From Verrucomicrobiota bacterium (GTDB lineage Bacteria > Verrucomicrobiota > Verrucomicrobiia > Opitutales > Coraliomargaritaceae), in the NCBI GenBank assembly GCA_039815375.1, contig JBCBZJ010000001.1, positions 64,001 to 128,000 on the forward strand: a stretch of DNA of 64,000 nt, given 5' to 3'. Position numbers and translations under genes: made by a program. A model generated the notes under the pieces. The model saw only the letters and a program-made list of their open reading frames with translations, ran no database searches and was not told the origin of the DNA. Positions within the stretch are counted from its first letter, which is position 1. Each line of letters starts with the position of its first letter. Positions 40,801-49,443 of this stretch are shown here, in pieces.

Positions 40801-41046
40801 ATAGAGTGAGGTGCTCGTGCCGTCTGCATTCAGGCGGAAAACTGATCCACTCGAACTGGGACGCACGATATAGTAGATCGTATCATCAAAATCATTGTAG
40901 GTGACTGCCCAAACATTTGAGATATCTCGCGAAGACTCGAGGGTCAGATCGCCAAAGTTGCCAACCGCGAACAGGCTCACTGCGCTCGACAGCGAAAGTA
41001 GAGCTCCTACCAACGAAATTTTGGATACAATCTGGCGTTTTGGCAT
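37876..41046 (-). CDS. Large secreted/surface protein: beta-propeller-like N-domain, duplicated module with GYAW..N.GW repeats, Asp-rich C-domain
   Basis: Signal peptide; eight YA(W/F/Y)xxNxGW repeats in two blocks; DxDGMADSWE and DGDSQTDAAEY; terminal FFRV. Confidence 0.8.
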   Translation of the reverse strand: MPKRQIVSKISLVGALLSLSSAVSLFAVGNFGDLTLESSRDISNVWAVTYNDFDDTIYYIVRPSSSGSVFRLNADGTSTSLYSSDAPAGITDDPKDGDIFFTRDFPGIISRVPEGSSSSGTWVSNIPGGGDDDPAGILIVPDYYAGDLASPGDGFFTDRGFNGNERVLSFSPDTAQGEVLLLSFNRFDGLYGIFATNDKIVLVEHGNGLLELTESGGVYSATLIPTTSDISEIKAAVWDDQRKVAYLAISDFGTSSAGDETAEIAMWDPSDNSITTLVSGLEQLRWHSLAINDDYTRLYAAEYAQGKLLTYILPTTTQADLRESFYNSSFNAFFNMEQVFDENTRLFGGTLTVPANSGESVSIDFAASPSPTFVSSVMGTELNLGAGLDVSETQVSLLLTPQGRPLYNLTIFYEDFDIGQSFEFPGQFPDHFPGLSRSGNLLQTSSDDASGTFTFRELSADNALEILFNRNGSDVRITKIGFELIEPAYDGSPYAWEGNTGWINFDAATRSLAVKSGFSYLEGYAFSANTGWIYFGDGSPLNGFAYANDGNEHGVNISSGTLGGYAWSANTGWIFFGWASGSDPNRPQINQSTGELSGYAWSGNLGWINLNDVEIPSYFVPNSTDPVLVDFGSNFAENDLEDFREYDDGVRDFSGTIDAGVGQSDPLEFDINLTGSFEVSGTGEARVVDIGIGSPSESVFTFTSQNAKLYNLTFSFEGFDIGEEFVFGGLVPDEHTCLELNAGVLTTAVDDAAHSFTFYEFPANTQLVFTIRHDGSGIRLTEIDFDASESTVSDAPYAFSGNTGWVNLAPNTNTGIVVHDSFVSGYAYDANTGWIKLGQRLPDNGHTYTNTGSDHGINHDGGALYGYAWSGNVGWINFGWAGANDPNAAMVDLLTGDFSGYAWGANIGWINLGTGQLGTDEIRIDDVDLDGMADSWELDNFGDLTTAGVGTNSDGDSQTDAAEYIGGTDANDASSYLQIISTSYNGSVTEVTLEFTSDSNRIYSIEQATELDVADPWSDSGLGDVLGESGTTTRVFKFSGGDKRFFRVTTKLPLSE

Positions 41047-41173
41047 CAAGAACTGTAAAAAAATTTAAAGCGCTGGCACCCAACCTTCGGCGCCTGCATG
41101 AAGCAATCGAATAATGAATGTAAGACTACGGTAGTCGGAGTTTTTCAGGCGCAATCAAAGAGACTACCGAAAC

Positions 41174-43738
41174 TCAGAATAATGCCAACTGATCGTCTTC
41201 AGTCTCCGTCGATTGACCAGCGCTTTCTTTTTTCATGCGCTTGCGTAGTAGGTTGTGCGAGGAGTCATCAGCTTCGAGGCGTTCGAGGATAGTTTTGGCG
41301 CGGTCGATTACTGTTGCTGGTAGGCCCGCGAGCCGAGCCACTTGGATGCCGTAGGAGCGGTCGGCAGCGCCTTTGATAACCTGGCGGACGAAGATGATCT
41401 CGTCGTTCCATTCTTTGACGGCGACGGAGTAGTTTTCGAGACGATCGAGTGTCTTGGCGAGCTGAGTCAGCTCGTGGTAGTGGGTCGCGAAGAGAGTGCG
41501 TGGGCCAAGCTCGGACTGTGGATGCAGGTGCTCGATGACGGCCCAGGCGATGGAGAGTCCGTCGTAAGTGGACGTGCCTCGTCCGATCTCGTCGAGTATG
41601 ACGAGGCTACGAGCAGTCGAGTTATTGAGGATATTGGCCGTCTCATTCATCTCGACCATGAAGGTGGAGTTGCCGCGGGCGAGCTCGTCGCTGGCGCCGA
41701 CGCGTGAGAAAATGCGGTCGACGAGACCGAGCTGGCAGCTGCGGGCAGGCACCCATGCGCCGGACTGCGCCATCAGGACGATGAGCGCGACCTGACGAAT
41801 ATAGGTCGATTTACCTGCCATATTCGGGCCGGTGATGAGTGCGATCTGCGGCATATCTGCTGCGGCTCTGCTGGAGAGGTGACAATCGTTCGGCACGAAG
41901 GCGTGCGTGCCGGCAAGACCAAGCCGTTGCTCGCGCATCATTTGCTCAACCACAGGGTGACGACCCTGGTCGATTTGGAGCGTGTCGGAGCTATCCAGCT
42001 CTGGCTTACAGTAGTCCCATTCGCGGGCGAGTACGCCCCAACCGATGAAGACGTCGATCTCAGCGAGTGCTGCAGCAGTTTCCTTCAGAGCGTCCGCATA
42101 TTCAAGGATAGCAGCGATGAGCCCGTTGAAGAGTTCTTCTTCTCTTGCGATCGCCTTCTCTTCGGCACTGAGAATTTCGCGCTCTCGTTCTTTCAGAACA
42201 TCCGTGGTGTAACGTTCTGCATTCTTCATCGTCTGCTTGCGCACGTAGTCCTCGGGCACAAGTGCAATGTTGGCCTTGGTCACTTCGATGAAGTAGCCGA
42301 AAGCGCCGTTGAAGCGGATGCGTAGGTTCTTGATTCCGGTGCGTTCCTGCTCGGCGATTTCAAACTCGGTCAGCCACTTCTGGCTGTCGCGGGTGAGGCT
42401 GCGGAAGTGGTCGAGTTGTTCGTCGTAGCCGTCGCGGATGGTGCCGCCGTCGTCTATTTTGCCGGGGAGCTCATCGGCAAGGCCGCGGGCGAGTTGATCA
42501 CAGAGCGTATCGAAATTATGAATACGGCTTGCAATGGCAGCAACCGGCGTGCCAGGAAATTCCAGAAGCGTGATCGCGATGCTGGGCAGTGCATTCAGCG
42601 TATCGCGCACACCGCCGAGCTCGCGTGGGTTACGCATTCGATTTTGCAGGCGTCCGAGGATGCGCTCGATATCGCGGATGCCGCGCAGGAGTTGTTGCAG
42701 CTCGGTGGAAAGTCCTGGTGAGGTTACGAATTCGCCGACACAGTCCTGGCGACGCTGAATTTCGCTCAAGTCCAGCTCGGGCGCGCAGAGCCAGCGCTCA
42801 AGCAGGCGGGCTCCGGCCGGCGTGACGCTGCCGTCCATAGCGGCAAGCAGGGAACCTTGGCGGGTATTGGCGGCTGACTTAAATATCTCAAGGTTGCGAA
42901 GAGTAGATGGGTCGAGCAGGAGTGTTTTCTGCGAGCTATATTCTCGGATTCGGCGCAGGTTCTCCGGTTTCGCGCAAAGGGTTTCGGTAGCGTAGTGAAC
43001 AAGTGCGCCGGCCGCACCTAGAGCGGTGTGTTTTTGATCGATGCCGAAACCTTCGAGGTTGAGCACACCCAGTGTGTCGATCACTGCCTGCGTGCCTGAG
43101 ATTGTATCAAAGTGGTAGTCGGCTAGCGCAGTGACTGCACGTCCGTCGCAGAGATGCTGATAGAGCCCGTCGAAGCTCTCGTGGCTGTGCGGTAGACCCC
43201 ATTGTTGCGAAAGATTTTCCGGAACGAGGATTTCGCGGGGGTCAAGGCCTTCGAAAGCAGAGAAAAGGTTAGCCGGATTCGCGTCGGAAGCGATGCAGAA
43301 CTCGCCTGTGGTCAAGTCGAGCCAGGCAGCTTGCAGCTCCTTTTTTTCCATGGTGAGGGCGAGGAGGAAATGGTTGCGCTGGGCGTCGATCTGAGTGTCG
43401 GCCATCCGCGTGCCCGGTGTGATGATGCGGGTCAGCTCGCGCTTGACCAGTTTGCCCGGCTTGGGCGTCTCCATCTGGTCGCAGATGGCAATTTTTACAC
43501 CCTGATCGAGAAGCTTCTGGATGTAGCCGTCGGCTGCGTGGAAGGGAATGCCCGCCATGGGCATGCCGTGGCGATGGGTCAGCGTGATGCCCAGTAGTTT
43601 CGCGCCCCATTCCGCATCCTGTTTGAAGATCTCGTAGAAATCCCCGAGCCGGAACATGAGCAGCGTGTCGTCCGAGAGCTGGGCACGTATCTCGTGCCAT
43701 TGCTGCATCATGGGAGTGAGTTTCTTTTCGGCTGCCAT
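41174..43738 (-). CDS. mutS: DNA mismatch repair protein MutS
   Basis: TPMMQQ, FRLGDFYE, TGPNMAGKSTY, STFMVEM, DEIGRGTST, SYGIQVA. Confidence 0.98.
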   Translation of the reverse strand: MAAEKKLTPMMQQWHEIRAQLSDDTLLMFRLGDFYEIFKQDAEWGAKLLGITLTHRHGMPMAGIPFHAADGYIQKLLDQGVKIAICDQMETPKPGKLVKRELTRIITPGTRMADTQIDAQRNHFLLALTMEKKELQAAWLDLTTGEFCIASDANPANLFSAFEGLDPREILVPENLSQQWGLPHSHESFDGLYQHLCDGRAVTALADYHFDTISGTQAVIDTLGVLNLEGFGIDQKHTALGAAGALVHYATETLCAKPENLRRIREYSSQKTLLLDPSTLRNLEIFKSAANTRQGSLLAAMDGSVTPAGARLLERWLCAPELDLSEIQRRQDCVGEFVTSPGLSTELQQLLRGIRDIERILGRLQNRMRNPRELGGVRDTLNALPSIAITLLEFPGTPVAAIASRIHNFDTLCDQLARGLADELPGKIDDGGTIRDGYDEQLDHFRSLTRDSQKWLTEFEIAEQERTGIKNLRIRFNGAFGYFIEVTKANIALVPEDYVRKQTMKNAERYTTDVLKEREREILSAEEKAIAREEELFNGLIAAILEYADALKETAAALAEIDVFIGWGVLAREWDYCKPELDSSDTLQIDQGRHPVVEQMMREQRLGLAGTHAFVPNDCHLSSRAAADMPQIALITGPNMAGKSTYIRQVALIVLMAQSGAWVPARSCQLGLVDRIFSRVGASDELARGNSTFMVEMNETANILNNSTARSLVILDEIGRGTSTYDGLSIAWAVIEHLHPQSELGPRTLFATHYHELTQLAKTLDRLENYSVAVKEWNDEIIFVRQVIKGAADRSYGIQVARLAGLPATVIDRAKTILERLEADDSSHNLLRKRMKKESAGQSTETEDDQLALF

Positions 43739-43792
43739 TCTTTTAGCCCTTCATCAAGGAAGGAGAAGGGGCACCTGTAAAAGATAATTTAG

Positions 43793-44509
43793 CTAGAGTG
43801 TGATCTTCCGTATGGCGAAGGCTCTGACTTCCACGCCCGGACTGTAGACGACATGGATAGGAGGGGCCTCCGGCGTTGCGAATCCATTGCTCTGGAAAAG
43901 CTCTTTGCTATATTCCGTAAGCTCCGTTTCCAAAAGTTCGTAGGGCTCGTGGGTTAGCTCTCCGAGATAGATCTGGCCTTTCGGAGAGGCCGAGAAGAAG
44001 CGGTATCGCTCGACAAGAAAGTCTTCCAGTGAGCCCTCTCTTGCGATTCCAATCGGCTTCGCCGGTTTGTAGATGAAGCGTTGTTCCGGCTCGTCGCCAT
44101 GCTGTGAGTGCATTCGGACGGTTTTGTCTGCCCGGACTGCGTAGTCCATGGTTGCGTATCGATAAGGCAGGCCGAAAAAGCTACGGGCGATTTGAACTGA
44201 AATCCAGCTGTGCGCATCGAGCGAAAAGAACCAGACGCCCCGGCGACCGTGTCGGTCACGGACATAGGTGCGTAGGTTCAGCTCGGGGAAATAAGAAATC
44301 CCTGGAAAAGGTGGGCAAAACCGAGGCCGAAGTGCGTGCATGTAAAACGGCACAACGCCAAGATAAGCATTACCTTGATAGGTGTCGACTTCCAGACCTT
44401 CAGGAAGCTTTTCCTGAATAAGTCCCGGTTCGATCTTCCAATGTAGAAAAAGAAGGTTCTGCCAGGATTGAAGAAGAAAGGGCGAGCGATCCGTAGCGAC
44501 GTCGTTCAT
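43793..44509 (-). CDS. DUF2071 (YqjF) family protein
   Basis: Q.WQNLLFLHW, GVVPF.M, FPELNLRTYV, GVWFFSLDA, FLVERY. Confidence 0.9.
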   Translation of the reverse strand: MNDVATDRSPFLLQSWQNLLFLHWKIEPGLIQEKLPEGLEVDTYQGNAYLGVVPFYMHALRPRFCPPFPGISYFPELNLRTYVRDRHGRRGVWFFSLDAHSWISVQIARSFFGLPYRYATMDYAVRADKTVRMHSQHGDEPEQRFIYKPAKPIGIAREGSLEDFLVERYRFFSASPKGQIYLGELTHEPYELLETELTEYSKELFQSNGFATPEAPPIHVVYSPGVEVRAFAIRKITL

Positions 44510-45060
44510 TGATCGCGGATGGGTTTATTGTAACGTCGGATTTCAGGGACGCCATCGAGTTCAGGGATGCTGGGCTCACTACCCTCTGCTGCGGTAAAAC
44601 GTTCTGCGGTGTTGAATTCTTTGACGAGCCGCTCCGCATCGCAGCAATGTGAAGTCCTTTCCGGTTTATAACTAAGGAAGCCTTCGACCAATGGTATGGG
44701 CCGCAGCTCTTTGGGAAGTCTTTTATCCAGTTCGTCAAGAAAGCGAATTGCTGCCGCAAAGGTGCTAACGCCTGGGCCGTGGTACCAGCCACGCCCCTTT
44801 TCGAAATCGCCGCGAACCGCCGGATTGCCGTCTGGTTTGTGATAAGTGGAAAGCACGGCTTCAATGATCAGGATGCTGGGCCCCTTCAATCTCAGTTCAT
44901 CGGCGACAACACCGATGCACTCCCCGAAAGTAAGTGATTCGCTGGCTCTCGAATTGGAATAGGCGATGCCACAGGATTTGGCTGACGTGCTGTATCCGAG
45001 ATCGATTCCGATTTTCGGAAGATCTTTGGAGCAGCGGGCGCTATATCGATGGATTAGCAT
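44506..45060 (-). CDS. Hypothetical protein with RNase H-like first strand (possible nuclease)
   Basis: IGIDLGYS...SCGIA, LIIEA, LVE, H..DA acidic pattern; overlaps the DUF2071 start. Confidence 0.55.
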   Translation of the reverse strand: MLIHRYSARCSKDLPKIGIDLGYSTSAKSCGIAYSNSRASESLTFGECIGVVADELRLKGPSILIIEAVLSTYHKPDGNPAVRGDFEKGRGWYHGPGVSTFAAAIRFLDELDKRLPKELRPIPLVEGFLSYKPERTSHCCDAERLVKEFNTAERFTAAEGSEPSIPELDGVPEIRRYNKPIRDQ

Positions 45061-45155
45061 TGGGCAGGATTACATGAAAGGGTTTTCCGAAACAGGACCC
45101 TGTTGACGAAACGAATTATGAGTCCATCACCTTACTTTGTTAAATCTCTCTCAGT

Positions 45156-45932
45156 ATGCCGCTCCCGCTCAATTCCCTCCGTTACGAAAATTCTGGCGCG
45201 CCAGTGCTTGTCATTCTGCATGGTCTACTGGGCTCGTCGCGAAACTGGACCACGATCGGGCGTGCCCTTCAGGACAAATTCGATGTGCATGTGCTGGACC
45301 TACGAAATCATGGTAGCTCCCCGCACGCGGATTCCATGCGCTGGTCGGAGCTCGTTGCAGACCTTCTGCTCTACCTCGACGATAATGGGTTGAATGAACA
45401 TATCCTGATCGGTCACAGCCTGGGTGGGAAGGTGGCGATGCGCTTCGCTTCGGAATATTCGGAGCGGGTGGAGAAGCTGATCATCGTCGATATCGCGGCA
45501 AAGGCCTACCTGCCACATTTGGATACAGAATTTCGAGCCATGAAGTCGATCGATCTATCCGAGCTCGGCAGCCGTAAGGAAGCGGAGGAAGCACTGGAAT
45601 CGCTGGTTCCGGATTGGGGCCACCGCCAGTTTGTTTTGACCAATCTGGTTCGGGACAAAATCACAGGCGGCTTTTTTTGGCAGGTGAATGTGGAGGGCCT
45701 GCACGCGAATTTACCACATATGCGGATGAATGCCTTGCGGGAAGGCGATTCTTATGAGGGACCCACGCTTCTGGTGCGTGGTGGTAATTCCCGGTTTATT
45801 GAAGACGGCGATTCAGATGCGATGAGACTGTGGTTTCCGCACCTTGAGGAAGTCACGGTTCCCGATGTCGGCCACAATGTCCATGTCGAGGACCGCAGCA
45901 GTTTCCTTACTGTTTTGAACGACTGGCTTTGA
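45156..45932 (+). CDS. Alpha/beta hydrolase (YbfF-like esterase)
   Basis: LHGLLGS..NW, DLRNHG.S, GHSLGG, GHNVH. Confidence 0.9.
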   Translation: MPLPLNSLRYENSGAPVLVILHGLLGSSRNWTTIGRALQDKFDVHVLDLRNHGSSPHADSMRWSELVADLLLYLDDNGLNEHILIGHSLGGKVAMRFASEYSERVEKLIIVDIAAKAYLPHLDTEFRAMKSIDLSELGSRKEAEEALESLVPDWGHRQFVLTNLVRDKITGGFFWQVNVEGLHANLPHMRMNALREGDSYEGPTLLVRGGNSRFIEDGDSDAMRLWFPHLEEVTVPDVGHNVHVEDRSSFLTVLNDWL

Positions 45933-45953
45933 CTCCCGGAGGTCGGGAAACGA

Positions 45954-47921
45954 TCAATTCTCGGAATTTTTTCCAGCAGGTATTGAGCAGATGACAGAAG
46001 TGCCTTTTCCGAGTTCACTCTCGATCACCATTGATCCTTCGTTCCGATTTAGAAAGTCCCAACACAGCTTGAGCCCAAGTCCTGTTCCTGATTCTTGCTC
46101 TGTTCCTCTGGTGGTTTGGACCAGTAACTTGTTGTTTAGGGTATTTAATCTCTCCGGGTCCATTCCTACGCCGCTATCCGTTACGCGCAGCTCGACTTTT
46201 CCCTTCTCACGCGCACTGGCACTGGCTTCGATTCGAATGGTTCCTCCAGGCTCGGTGAATTTTAACGAATTCGAAACCAGATTGCGGATCACAGTTTCGA
46301 GCATACTGGGGTCGAAGAAGACCGCGATCAGAGGAATGTCTATATGTATGGAAACGTTTTTAATGATGGCAAGTTCACGGAAAGTCTTTGAAACCCGACT
46401 TGCAGCATTTGAGAGCTCTACGTCCTGACGGTCTGCAGAAAGCCCGGTTTGCTGGGCGCGTGCCCAAGTCAGCAAGTTTTCCAGAAGGAAGATGTTCTCT
46501 TTGCCGCTTTGGTAAATGAGCGCAAGCATCTCTCCCTGTTCTTCGGGAGATAATTCCATGTGTTTGTCTAGCAGTGTTTCGGAGAGACTAATACTTGCTG
46601 CAGCCTGACTTCGTAAATCATGAGCGATAATTGAAAACAAAAGGTCCTTGTTTGAATTCAACTCACTGAGCTCTCGCTGTGACTCTTCCAGCTGCTTTTG
46701 CTGGAGCTTCAATTTTGTTATATCGTAGAGGACTGCTGTGGCCGCATCAGGGCCCTTGGGCGAGATATTTGCCATCGCCCATGCGTCCTCCTGAGGACCT
46801 CCTATTTTGAGCTCGATGCGGTGGAATTCCTGCTGTCCGATCACTTTTTCAAGGGCTTGTCGGGCATCATCATTGCCACTCCCGAGCTCAAGAGAGTAAA
46901 TTGAGTCACCGACATTGAGACATTTGATGGCATGCGGCAGCCGGCATTGGGTCGGCCCAATCCATGTGATTATCCCTTTGGAATCAATCTCCAGAACGGA
47001 TGAAGTCATCGCGTTGAAAATGGATTGGAGCTGTCTGGCGTTGGCACGCAGATGAAGTATCGTTGCTGCAAAGAGGCCGATGAGGATAGAGATGGTGATC
47101 CCTGCGACGATCAATACAGACAGTAGAAAGCTGTCTTGGTCGAGGTAGCCTACCCAGCCTGAAGCGGGAACGGCACCAATAATCCAGGCTCCATCCGGTA
47201 ATCGAACGACGGCAGTGACTGGATTTTGTTCGAAGATTCCCGGGTCGCCGAAGAAAGTTTCTCCACGCAGGCCTTCGCCGTCATATCCTTTCAGGGCGAA
47301 GACTGCGCCCGAACCGGTTTCCGAGAAGCCGGCGGCCTCGAATAACTCGTCTTTCCGAATGACGATATCCGTCATTCCCCAGAACGTCGGTTCGGCGACG
47401 GTCTTGTCAAAAATGGGTGTATAGCTGATGAACGCGATGCCTCCTTCAATCAATTCGACTGGCCCGGCAACAAACGTCTTCTGCGTTTGTATCGTTTTTT
47501 CGACGATGGAACGCCTCTTGGGGTGATCAAAAAGGTCGAGGCCAATTACCTGTTCATGACCAGTCTGAGGGTAGACTGCCTTGATGACGCCGTCAGGGGC
47601 GATGCTCATTGAGTTGATGACGATGTCATCATTTACCAGTTCTCCTGCCAGATTGTAGAACTCCTCCAGCATCAGGTTCGGATGCAGCGACACGTAAGCC
47701 GAAATACTGCGTGTGTAATAAATCCGGGTGAAAAGTTCACTCTCGAGATTTGAGCGTGTATTGTTCAGCACCCTGGCCAGACGCGTGCGCTCATCCTTTT
47801 CCCACGCTTCCTCGGAGGTTTGCACATAAAGCGAGATGAAGTAGCCTAAAACCAACAAACAGCCTAAGCTGATAACAATCGCAGGGCGAATGATCTTAAG
47901 ATTCTGCTGGAGTTTGCTCAT
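45954..47921 (-). CDS. CHASE-domain sensor histidine kinase
   Basis: TM-CHASE (AGPVELIEGG.AFI...PIF)-TM, PAS-like region, IAHDLRS, NLVSNSLKF, DSGVGM, GTGLGL. Confidence 0.9.
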   Translation of the reverse strand: MSKLQQNLKIIRPAIVISLGCLLVLGYFISLYVQTSEEAWEKDERTRLARVLNNTRSNLESELFTRIYYTRSISAYVSLHPNLMLEEFYNLAGELVNDDIVINSMSIAPDGVIKAVYPQTGHEQVIGLDLFDHPKRRSIVEKTIQTQKTFVAGPVELIEGGIAFISYTPIFDKTVAEPTFWGMTDIVIRKDELFEAAGFSETGSGAVFALKGYDGEGLRGETFFGDPGIFEQNPVTAVVRLPDGAWIIGAVPASGWVGYLDQDSFLLSVLIVAGITISILIGLFAATILHLRANARQLQSIFNAMTSSVLEIDSKGIITWIGPTQCRLPHAIKCLNVGDSIYSLELGSGNDDARQALEKVIGQQEFHRIELKIGGPQEDAWAMANISPKGPDAATAVLYDITKLKLQQKQLEESQRELSELNSNKDLLFSIIAHDLRSQAAASISLSETLLDKHMELSPEEQGEMLALIYQSGKENIFLLENLLTWARAQQTGLSADRQDVELSNAASRVSKTFRELAIIKNVSIHIDIPLIAVFFDPSMLETVIRNLVSNSLKFTEPGGTIRIEASASAREKGKVELRVTDSGVGMDPERLNTLNNKLLVQTTRGTEQESGTGLGLKLCWDFLNRNEGSMVIESELGKGTSVICSIPAGKNSEN

Positions 47922-48267
47922 CCTAAATTGTTTGCGAATGAAGACCAGCGTGCGCAGATCAACACTAGTTCTATCTTAGCAGGGCTTTCGCCAATTATCC
48001 TGAAATAGTGGTGTTGTTGAAGAATCTTTTTTCGCGCTACTATGAGCCGAATTACACGAAAAATTAGTAAGTTCCAGAAAAGCTCGGATAAGTCAACGGT
48101 CCGGAGGTTTGGCAAAACCTATAATCTTACGGTCGAATGCTCTATCGAAGAGTTGAAATCAGCACGAGCTGGAACGTGAAAAAGTGTGAAGGATTGGAAT
48201 AAAAGCCTGCCGTTAATTCTTTGATTTAACTTTGCGCCTGTAGACCTTCCGAATTACCTAAATCAAA

Positions 48268-49305
48268 ATGATAACCCGTTCCCAGTCTGAAGCCGACAAG
48301 GTAGCTGCAGCCGGATTTGCCGAAATTTACGAACCGGTAAAGCCATTTCTGGATGATCTCGACATCTTCCTGCAGTCGCAGGTCGGTGAGCTCGAGCCGG
48401 AGATTCAGGATCACGTGCGTTACGTTTTCGGTCACAGCGGCAAGCGTTTGCGCCCGATGTTGGTTGCCTACGCTGGCTGGGAAGGCCCTGCTGGGAATGC
48501 TCATGCAAATCTGGTCCGCCTCGGTTCGATTATCGAACTTGTGCATTTGGCGACTCTTGTTCACGACGACATTCTCGACGAAGCAGATACCCGTCACCGT
48601 CAGGAAACCGCAGCGAAGAAGTTCGGCCCGGCTGCTGCTGTTTTGATTGGCGATGTCCTCTTTTCGCACGCACTCAAACTCGCGGCCGAGTTTCCCACAA
48701 CGGAGATCTGCCGTGTCGTTGCCCGTGCGACCTCCCGCGTCTGCGCCGGTGAGATTGCCCAGACCTACCAGAGAGGTGATGTTAATTACGACCGTGATTT
48801 CTATTACAGAGTTATCCAGCTTAAGACGGCGGAGCTTTTCGAAGTGGCTTGTCAACTCGGTGCCAAGGTTGCCGGCTATCCGGATGACTTTAGCGAAGCG
48901 GCCGGAGTCTTCGGGCGTCACCTCGGAATTGCCTATCAAATCTTCGATGACCTCGTTGACCTCTATGCTGAAGAGGCGATGATCGGAAAAACGCTCGGCA
49001 CCGATTTGGAGAAAGGGAAATTCACGCTCCCACTCTTACTCCTGCTCGAAAAAGTCGAACCTGCTGAAAGTGATGAACTGATCGCTCGCTTCAAAGCCGG
49101 CGACCCCGGTGTCGTGCCTGATTTTACGAAGCGCCTGCACGATTTTCCGATTTTCGAAGAGGTCGTGGGTGCTTTCGAAGCGGAACTCGTGAAAGCGACC
49201 GAGGCGCTCGCACCCTTTGAGCAGCTATCTCCGGTTGCGGCCATGCAGAAGATTGCCGGGCTCGTCCGCGCGCAGCTTTCGCGGATTCCAGCTGCCACCG
49301 CTTAA
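48268..49305 (+). CDS. Polyprenyl diphosphate synthase (IspB/HepT-like)
   Basis: GKRLRP, LVHDDILD, AVLIGD, KTA.LF, QIFDD, DLEKGKFTLP. Confidence 0.95.
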   Translation: MITRSQSEADKVAAAGFAEIYEPVKPFLDDLDIFLQSQVGELEPEIQDHVRYVFGHSGKRLRPMLVAYAGWEGPAGNAHANLVRLGSIIELVHLATLVHDDILDEADTRHRQETAAKKFGPAAAVLIGDVLFSHALKLAAEFPTTEICRVVARATSRVCAGEIAQTYQRGDVNYDRDFYYRVIQLKTAELFEVACQLGAKVAGYPDDFSEAAGVFGRHLGIAYQIFDDLVDLYAEEAMIGKTLGTDLEKGKFTLPLLLLLEKVEPAESDELIARFKAGDPGVVPDFTKRLHDFPIFEEVVGAFEAELVKATEALAPFEQLSPVAAMQKIAGLVRAQLSRIPAATA

Positions 49306-49443
49306 ATCTTTGCGATAGGCTGATAAAACGGTTGCCAAGCTCTGGCGCGACCGATGCTCTCGGCGGCTTTCTACTACCCTTAGGTGTTGTCGACGAACCC
49401 TGCTCCGGGAGTTCTCCACCGATTGGGACATTTTCTACATTCC

